Shown here piece after piece: positions 13,133-22,700 of a stretch of 40,524 nt of DNA (within the stretch, counting starts at the first letter, position 1; each line of letters opens with the position of its first letter). The stretch comes from Nemertoderma westbladi (lineage: Eukaryota > Animalia > Xenacoelomorpha), in contig JAUCBJ010004152.1 in the NCBI GenBank assembly GCA_032718475.1, positions 1 through 40,524 on the forward strand. The letters are read 5' to 3'. A program made the position numbers and the translations under genes. The notes below the pieces were generated by a model. The model was given only the letters and a program-made list of their open reading frames with translations. It was not told the origin of the DNA and ran no database searches.

Positions 13133-13262
13133 CTTCGTCTTTGGTGTCTGGCAGCCACAGTCTGTCTGTTGGTTGGATCCAGTTCTATCACTGTCAGACT
13201 GTCAGGGCAGCTGCTAGGATTCTATCTCTGTCAGGGCAGCTGGGCGGATCTGATTCTATCAC

Positions 13263-13809
13263 TGTGACGGGATCTACGGATCCCGGTTTATCCGTTGGGT
13301 TTTCTATCTACGCGTCCCCGCCGTGTGTGAAAGGTAAAAGAGTTCTGATGTTCGGTTATATGTATAAGGTATAATATAGTTGATATATAGGCTATAGTAT
13401 AGTATGGCACAGTTACCGGTAGATAAGTATGATGGCGGTAGCGGACGGTGATAGAAGTCACCGTTCCACCCTACTGAACTAACTGAGTAAACTGAATGAA
13501 TGATTGCTGTACAGGTAATATGTACTGCACGGGTTTGGCCGTTACAGTACTTAGTCGATGCTGTCCCCCCATTGGCTAATATCCCTGTTGGCACCCTTTG
13601 CCCCCCTCTGAAGTGCTTCCCTTCGCCCTTGCTGTTCTCTCTTGGTTAGGGGTTTGGCCCCTGACCCTTATTGTGTGTGTTTCCTTTGGGGCCTATTGTC
13701 CCCGTTTACTGGGGTGACACGAGGTTGATTGGTAATCAACCTCGTGCTCCCAATATTGCTTTATGGCTCACTCTATGGGTTTGTGTTAGCGGAATTGGAT
13801 AAGCTAACA
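13263..13809 (-). repeat. 5' LTR of element A
   Basis: Direct repeat of 6716-7261. Confidence 0.95.
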
Positions 13810-14157
13810 CTGGCATAGCATTAGCATTCTTAATATATGTACAATAAATATATATATAATGCAGCTGACTTCAATGCAGCATGCCGTTAGTAAGTAGAAC
13901 TGCAGGGACAGGATACGATACGATACGAAGACTGATTTTCGTATTGCAGTATTTTATTCGTAACGAATTTCGTATCGTATCATAAAAATTGACGTCGTAT
14001 CGTATATTACGAATAAATATTTTTCGTATTTTATAGAATTATATTCCCTAAATGCCGTGGATTTTCAAAATTTTATTTTATTCGAATTAACTTTGTAAAG
14101 ATTGCTTTGAGTTCTCATTAGTATTTGTTCTATCATTTGTACGCCTATCGGTCAAGT

Positions 14158-14244
14158 GGTTCAGTAGCTCAGTCGGTAGAGCGTTGGAAATTATATGTGT
14201 AGTAGGTATTGAGTTCGAATCCTAGTAAGTGCGAATTATTTTTT
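14158..14244 (+). ncRNA. tRNA-like Pol III cassette in the 5' LTR
   Basis: A-box/D-arm TAGCTCAGTCGGTAGAGC, B-box GAGTTCGAATCC, followed by T6. Acceptor and anticodon stems do not pair. Confidence 0.6.
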
Positions 14245-14440
14245 GTGCAGAATTTCAACTCATTTAAATTGACCGCTACAAATTAATTGCATTTGTCTGT
14301 ACCAATGAGACTGTAGTTATTTGATTGTAACCAATGTCGTGCAAGTTATACATTAGCTGGACCAATAGCTATCTTTAAAACCTTGTTAGAACCTATAGAA
14401 CAATCGAGAATTTTCTCGATTGATTGCAGCACAAATTTGG

Positions 14441-14583
14441 TATATAAAGGTGCGATTTGTTCATTAGTTATCTCATTACTATACCATAATATATTCTCTC
14501 AGGTATTCAGTTATCTGATATTTGTTTATTCTGTCATTAGTTTTCAGATTACATTGTATTATAATTATATCTTCTGTAATAAA
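14441..14583 (+). promoter_or_regulatory. Putative LTR TATA box (14441-14448), Inr-like TCATT motifs and polyA signal AATAAA (14578-14583)
   Basis: Motifs occur in the U3-R order expected for an LTR. A 10-bp-stem palindrome at 14401-14422 lies just upstream. Confidence 0.5.
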
Positions 14584-16777
14584 GTCAGAATATTCTCTCA
14601 GCTTTTCTATCTGTTTTACTATGATTCACCACGGTGAACCCAGCTAAGGGACAGGATGGCCAGCTAGAGATCGGGCCGCAGCAATGAACGGGAACATCAC
14701 GGGAATGTAGACAAGAGACAACCCGCAATAACATCTTGAGTTATTCGCCCATCGCCTGAAAGGTTAGACAGCGTTCGACGCCTTGCTACCTAAGTATAAG
14801 ACCAAAAGATCAAAAGGTAGAAGTAGTGACACGCTGTGAGCCTAAAATTACATTTAGGGACTGTACTGTCTTGATTCAGGAAAAAACCACAGTAGACCTT
14901 CACATTCCTACGGGGGGGGAGAGCGCAGGCAGAGACACTAGTACGCAGATAGGACGTAGGCACACCGGTACGAAGCATACAAATTGGTAGGGTGCAGCAA
15001 ACTGTACGCCTAACTCTTGCTAAGTACAGGTGCGTGTGCGACTATTTGCAGTACAACGGTGTCCATTGCATTAGAACTTGTAGGCTAGGAGGGTTGTTGT
15101 GTTTTCACCTGAATTGAGATTGTACCGTTCAGGCGGTAGGGCAGTTTACAGCTAGGCGCAAATAAATTGAGGCTATTAGGGATACTAACATCTACCGTGT
15201 CCCCGCCAACGCCCTAATAGGAAGTTACCCAGACTACCTGGGTGACTAAAATTCTAGATAGGACGCCAGGATAGCTATTAGTAACAGTACGCCTACAGTA
15301 GTAAACTAACACATCTCTTCTTAGTATCAGGGACCTGGTACCTAAAATTGCCGAATTCTGGGCGTAGCATTAACCTTATGCCTGAATTTGAGTCCTGGAA
15401 ATACGCAAGAGGGGAAGGAACCTTATCATTCGTGAGTATTGGACCTACAAGTTATAAAATTAGAATATTCGTAAAATGCACACCGTACCCAGTAATTATA
15501 TATGTGAAGGAGCAAAACTGCTTTTGACTGTTTAGAATTGACACACGCGCGTTAGAAATTATTTACACCTCAAAATATATAAAATTAACTTTCGTCCGTA
15601 CTGTGTTTTGCCCGCTAGTTAGACATCTCCAAATCTCTGCCTCTGTACTTAGCTAGCGTCTCTTTGCCCAACCATATAAATCACACCGCGGCAAAGTGTA
15701 CGAGCTTCTTAGTCCGTCAGTGAGTCAGCCTGATTTTAGGATTCGCTGCGCGGGATTTTTGTTTCATCGAAGTTTGTCTGCTCGTAGACTGTTTTCTGCC
15801 TCACCGGTTATAAGAGATCGATACTGCAATATATTCGCTTACTTAGAGTTTACTGTTTTGGTGAGAAGGTCGGATTTATGATTTGATTTACAAACTTTAC
15901 TGTAAGATATTGCAGGTATTGTTACCGTCTCTTCCATATAGTAGGAATAGGCGTATCTCTTCCAATAGTAGGAATGTGTTTTACTGAACTACGGTTCGGT
16001 AGGACTAAAGTTATTTGAAAATTTTGTATTTTGAGGTAAAAATTTGTATTTGATTAGCTAAGTGCTAATTTTTTGAAATAAAATTTGATTTGAACCGCGT
16101 GTAAAATATTTTTGGAATTGAATACCGGTGTTTAAAAAGGGTTTAAATGCCATATTGTACCGGTACAAAATTTTCGTAAAGTAAAACCTAACTCTTTTGT
16201 TTTTTCAGGATTCAGAACTCATTTCTAGACTGTAACGGGAGCAAGACCGTGTTTAGCAAGTTTGGGAGATAGATAACTCAACAACTTTGGTTGGGAAAAT
16301 CGCGCTTCGTCCGCAACGTTAAAAACGGAAAGGTTCACGTCCGGTTTGTATCTGGGAATCTGTTTTTCTGGAGAATTATTGGAGTGGGTGAGTTCGAAAA
16401 GTTGCATAAATAAGTTAGGCATTACCGTATTAGTTAAAATTATTGTGGGTTCCACTGTCTCAAGTATTTATGCATTCCGTATGATTTCTTTGTTCATTGC
16501 TGAATTAGTCCGTATTATTGTATTTAATTTACATTTTGATAACGCATATCGTTATCCGATTTATTTGTTATAAAATTGGCCGCTAGGCTAATTTTATTAT
16601 ATACTTATTCCGTGACATTTATTTGCTGTAAAATTGGCCGTTTAGGCTAATTTTATCCATCTGCTATAAAATCGGCCGGTAGGCTAATTTTATATGACTG
16701 TAATTAGTACCGTTTAGATATAAATACGGTAAACTCGATACTTTGACACTCACTTTACTTGACTTACAACTACCGAA

Positions 16778-19700
16778 ATGAGTGACAAACAAGACTATAC
16801 GAAGAACACACCTACCGACTATGACTCGTGTGACGCGGATAAGTCAGCAGCGGAAGAACAACAGGGGAAGACTCGCGAGCCTACCGAACCTACACCGTGT
16901 GCGTCACCAGTACATCCAACGGGAGTACCGGATGCCGTAGTACGAGGCGACGGCAGGACCGAGGACTTTCTAACTGTTCCGCAACCTAGATACAGGGAAA
17001 TGGAGATGGTAAGTTCAGTAGGAAGCCAGGAGAGCGTAGTTAGAAGCGTCGGCGGTTACATGGCGCATATTACCAGGAGTATTGGAGAAGGCCAACGCAT
17101 ATTAGACGAGTTAACCGCTCCGATGTCTCGGTTCGAGTTCTACACTCTACAGGTGAGAGTACAGAGTAAAGTATATAAGTCCGTAGATAACCTAATTGGT
17201 CTACAAGATCTAGCTAGACAGAGACAGGATATGGACACTCAGCTTAGAATCCTCGAGAAACTAATGATCACTAGAGAGAAACTGATTCAGTTTAAGTCGA
17301 CGATTAGGCAGATACAACAGGAACAAGCGGACCAGTTGTTAGGTGAGTCGGTTTCGGACGAATTATTGCAACCCGAGGAAGAACAGGAACTGTACAGGCT
17401 AGATGGACAATTGAAACACCTGACGGATCACTTACGCATGTGCGGCGAGGACGTCGGAGATTGGGAAACCGTGCCGGAGGCTACGAGGGAAACTTCACTC
17501 GCACAAATCGAACTGGCACCGGGAACACTAAATCAATCACTGGTGAGTATTCGCAGCGAAATTGGCGAGGTGAGTATGGCTACGTCAGAAATTGCTCGAC
17601 AACAGCAGCTCTACAGACAACAACAGGAGATGGAGGAACAAACTGAACTGCTAATGGCACAAGCAGCAGTACAAGAAGAGAAACTACGTGTTGCGAATGT
17701 TGCAAGAATCTCTCATCTGCAAGAACAAGCCGAGTTGGAAGCAGCCGAGATGGAAAGATTAGAGTTGGACATTGCACAACAGGCAGCGGCAGCGGCAGCG
17801 GCAGCGTCCGAGTTAGAGCGAAAAAGGTTAGCTTCAGAAGCGAGAACCGAAATGAAAAAACGGCAAATAAAGGCTCAATCAGCTATACGACAAGCGGAGT
17901 TCGAGGCGCAACAACAACAGACGGAACAACGCGAGAAGGAAGTTAAACTTCATTTCGAACTCGGGAAGAAGGCGAGAGAATTAGCCAACGCGAAGGAAGA
18001 TCTGGATCTACAAGCCCGCGATCGATCGATGAGATCTCGTGACGGACATGATTTGGACCAGTTAAAGGTAAGGCACCGTCAAATTCAGGAACGGAAGAAG
18101 GAAGGAAGCGTAGGAGCACCCGGACGGGAACGACAATTAGTAAAGGACTTGTGTCAACGATTCCCACAGGTAACTCCTATGTTTGCACCAGTTACGATTA
18201 AGGAACCTATTTCGATTGCTGGTAGTAGTAATATTTCTCCTATCCATGGTGCGACGGAACACAGGTTTGTTATTCCGGACAAGTTTACACCGCCAAGAGC
18301 AACGTCGTCGCCTATTCCGAAAGTCAAGGTAAGTAACCCGCCGATTACAGATCGTAGTAGTTTGTTGACCAGACCTGCACTACTGACGACTAAACAGGTG
18401 AGTCCACCTTCGACACCAAAACTCGTTACGCACTACACGTACCCAATGACGTTTAGGCCTACAAAGCCTTTGGATTCAAACGCTGTAGTCCGACCACCGG
18501 TTCAGTTTACATCGCAATCTACGACTTCGAGGAAGACTTGTGAGCCTACCGAACAACGGAGACCAGTGGATACGCGACCGTTCAACCAGTTTACATCGCA
18601 ATCTACGACTTCGAGGAAGACTTGTGAGCCTACCGAACAACGGAGACCAGTGGATACGCGACCGTTCAACCAGTTTACATCGCAATCTACGACTTCGAGG
18701 AAGACTTGTGAGCCTACCGAACAACGGAGACCAGTGGATACGCGACCGTTCAACCAGTTTACATCGCAATCTACGACTTCGAGGAAGACTTGTGAGCCTA
18801 CCGAACAACGGAGAACAGTGGATACGCGACCGGTTCAGTTTACATCGCAATCTACGACTTCGAGGAAGACTTGTGAGCCTACCGAACAACGGAGAACAGT
18901 GGATACGCGACCGTTCAACCAGTTTACATCGCAATCTACGACTTCGAGGAAGACTTGTGAGCCTACCGAACAACGGAGACCAGTGGATACGCGACCGTTC
19001 AACCAATTTACATCGCAATCTACGACTTCGAGGAAGACTTGTGAGCCTACCGAACAACGGAGATCAGTGGACGATGTTCCGAAACGAAACGTGAGAATTC
19101 GTACGACGCAACGGACGCGAGCACGTCGACCACCATATCCAGATGATAGTAGTACTTCGAGCGAATCGGATTACCCGAAACGCGAGGTATTTAGAACAGG
19201 GGCGGCCGATGAATATAAACGCGAGCGTTCAGACAACTCCTTTGTAGACAATCCTCCACAGAATACACCAACACAGAAGGCGTTACAACCAACAGACGCA
19301 ATCAGTACACAACAGTTCGCCGACATTCTGCGACCAGTTGTTAACAAGTTGGCTCAGATCGAGGAACGTCTGGAGGAAGGTTACACCGACAGTTCGAGAA
19401 ATTCCGAATTCGAACACAATAGACACCCGAAGGAACCACAAAGACCGGTACCTTCAAAACATACATCGTATCAGGGAAAAGCGCCAAGAAGGGAGAACAT
19501 CAACCAGGTTACCAACCAAGGACGCGAAACTCTGAACGTTGCCGAGGAGATAGCGAAATTCGCAGCCAGACAAGGATTGCCGGTGCAACAACCACCGAAG
19601 TTTTCCGGTAGCTCAAAACACTGGCACACATTCGTAGACTATATCGAATCCCAGATCGCCGTGTGCGCCTTTACATCACTGGAGAAGTTTAATTACCTGC

Positions 19701-22700
19701 TTCAAACGTTGTCAGGAGAACCTAAACGTTTGGCGGAGACCTTCGTTGGTGTACCGGACGCTTTCGAACTAGCGTACGATCGTTTGACCTCGATCTACGG
19801 AGGCACAGTCAGTATGGCCAGGTCAGTAATAGAGGAACTCTGTAAGGGAGGGGCTATCACTAAACCCGTCGACTTATTAAAACTGGCCGACGAGATAAAG
19901 AACGCTATCACTACTTTAAGATCCATTGGACAACTCGACTACGGGAATACCCCTACAGTCCTATTAAAGATCATAGGACGACTCCACCATCGACTTCGTC
20001 GGGAGTGGAGAAAGATCGAATACCAGCGGGAAGAGCGGGGTGGATTCTTAAAACTAGAGGATGTGTACCTTTTGATATCCAGGGAAGCAGTTGTAGAAAC
20101 ACGATCCAACTACACTGACCAGCACATCGTAGCAGAAGGGATCACCTTGCCATCCTCCAACCGACAAAAACCCCAGACAACATCCACCAAGACGGCCACT
20201 TACGCCACATCGACGGAAACCCGACAATTCTCGGACGGAAGTAGGGTATCTGCGCCCATTGGGACAAAACAGACGAGACAACAACTTAGTACCGACTTCA
20301 GCGGCTGCCAATACTGCGAGCATTTAGGCAAGCGGTATATCGGTCACAAGTTGCGAAGTTGTCGACAGTTTCGCGAGTTGAACTCGGAAGAACGACGGCT
20401 GCAAATACGGCCATTGGACTCTTGTTGGCGGTGTACGCGACACGGACACGTCCGTAAAGATTGCCCAAATACCGACACTTGTCCATCCTGTGGACGCAAC
20501 CACGACGGTCTGCTCCACACAGACAGCCACACGCCGACAAAACGCTTCGCCAGGGAACACCCGGAAGCAGCAGCGAGATGTGATGCGGCCTACAGAAAAC
20601 GAGAATCGAAAACGACTCCAACCTTCGTGACCCATATTGAGGATTGCTTCTCAGAACAATCCGGATCGTCGGACGAAGAATCAGAAGACGACGACGTATA
20701 TTCGGATGGAGATGAACAGCCATCGATCGCGCTTCTGACTACTGACCAACTAAAGGGATTTAGTGTAATTCCGATTAAGGTTACTGGCACAAAGGGGAGT
20801 AAGAGAATCTACGCGATTCTAGATTCAGCCTCATCTCACAGTTACGTGGATGAAAAGATAGCTGACGTCGTGACGGATCTCAGACAAGGTAAGCGCGTCA
20901 GTTATACCGTAAGTAGTATGCACGGACAGCGTGCAATACCAGTGACACGAGTCAAGTTGAACTTAGACTCTCTTCTTCCGAAATCGCAACACAGCGAGAG
21001 GGAGAGGTCTTTGTTACCCTTTAAAGATCTAACCTTTGCGGCCACGAAGGACTTTAGTAACCTACTAGGTCCAGTGCCGGAACAATCTCTAGAGGACCGT
21101 AAGTATTTCAGACACCTTGGTGTACCCGAATGTCCTGTCAATTATAGATCGGTAGCCATGCTGATCGGGACAGACCAATTCAACCTACATCAGGTGTGGG
21201 AAACCAGACCATCGGCAGTTGTAGCGGGAAACGCATACGCCTGCAGAACGCCGATAGGGTGGTATACTCGAGCGCCTGTGCGCACACTAGACGTAAGTGA
21301 CGAGGAAGACGATGTACAAAGTACATGTAGTTTATTAACTACAAATTCAATTCATTCCTTCTCACACGACGTGAACCATACTACACTACAGTCGACAAAA
21401 CGTGACAGATGTGTGACTAGTATGATAAGTCACAAGGAGCAGCTAATTCACCAGGTGCAGAAATCGATACAACATTGGCCTCCGTTATACGACAACAAGT
21501 CTAACACCATCCCTAAGGACGCGGAAATCAAGAAACCAAAAAAGGGGAAGGCAAAGAAAAAGACAACGGCGGCAAAACTCAAGAAAAAACCGAAGGCGAA
21601 ATGGAAAGATATAACTTCAAAGGTCAAGAGAGGAAGACTTGCGAGCCTTTCTACACCAGACATATCGCCAGACGGTCAACCAGACACGTTACTAGACGGT
21701 CAATCAGACATTCTACCAGACATTAGTAACGCATTGACAAACAGTAAAGCCGCAGTTTCTCTGTTGGAGCGGCCTTCTATTGACAAACAACCAGATACGT
21801 TACCAGACGTATCGCCAGACACATTACTAGACAGTCGACTAGACACTAGTAACGTACTGACAAATAGTGAAGCCGCAGTTTCCCTATTGGAGCGGCCTTG
21901 TATTGACAAACTACCAATTTTGACACACTTGAGCAACCATAAGCACGGTGAAACCTCATGTATTACAGATGTGGGTAGTACCTACGCTAATGTAAATACA
22001 GGTGTTACTCTGCGCTCAAGAGACATACCGAACTTGCAACCTACGGTGAGACCTGGGATTAATGTCGGCAGAAAAATAAGTTTACCGAAACCTGCTGACC
22101 CCATAGAGTTCAAACCACCATTAACGATCGACTTACAAAGTACCGACAATCAAGGTAAGAAGACGAAGAAGGACAAATTACTTGTAGACCCGGACGGATC
22201 AACAGTCAACAAGGGAATACTTACCGGCGGACCCGTGGGCCCTTCTAGTAAATCAAAACCTTCCAAAATCTCCATTGACTTACCTGATGACGTCACAAAT
22301 ACTCACGTCGACCGGATTGTAAACTTAACAGACTCTTGGTCAAACGCTTGCCGAAAGTTAGCGTGGATTGTACGTTTTGTACAATACGTTAAAGGCAAAC
22401 GTGACTTTACACGTCGACTTACATTGGCTGAGATTGACAGGTGTGAAATTAAATTAATTCGCCATTACCAACTGCGATATTTCGCACGCGAATTCACATC
22501 TATAAATCAAGGCCTACCAATCAAGTCGTCACCGATACTGAGTTGGAGTCCGATTATTTATAATGGCTTAATTTGTCATAAATCTCGGCTTCAAAACATT
22601 GACTTTAACACAAACTTTAGATACCCAATAATAATACCGCAACACCACGAACTACAACGTGCAATGATACTGGACGCACATTTACATCTGAAACACGCTG

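Larger units (their letters stand above)
6716..13809 (-). mobile_element. LTR element A: non-autonomous, gag-only LTR retrotransposon (BEL/Pao-like zinc knuckles)
   Basis: Near-identical LTRs of 546 and 547 bp with TG...CA ends, 5-bp TSD CTGGC (6711-6715 / 13810-13814), PPT next to the left LTR, minus-strand gag-like coding. No PR, RT, RH or IN motifs seen. Confidence 0.92.
14032..15967 (+). repeat. 5' LTR of element B (1936 bp, TAT...ATA ends)
   Basis: Direct repeat of 26646-28790. Boundaries are fixed by loss of identity and by the TSD. Confidence 0.95.

Noticed and set aside
10132-13217. Plus-strand ORFs in element A (e.g. 12009-12635, 11375-11914)
   Set aside because: Antisense shadows of the purine-rich gag-like frame, with no recognisable domains.
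14158-14232. Functional tRNA gene
   Set aside because: Acceptor and anticodon stems do not pair; only the promoter boxes and D-arm are retained.
14383-14637. Duplicated 84-aa hydrophobic ORF (also 27205-27459)
   Set aside because: Non-ATG start, AT-rich LTR promoter/polyA region; duplicated only because it lies in the LTR.
14680-14840. Group I intron or hairpin-ribozyme core (CGGGAA...AACCCG; AGAAG)
   Set aside because: Superficial P4/P5-like resemblance only. No convincing P7/P3 or loop A/B consensus could be built by eye.
18503-19071. CRISPR-like regular repeats
   Set aside because: Head-to-tail 84-bp units with no unique spacers, inside a eukaryotic retrotransposon ORF, and no cas genes.
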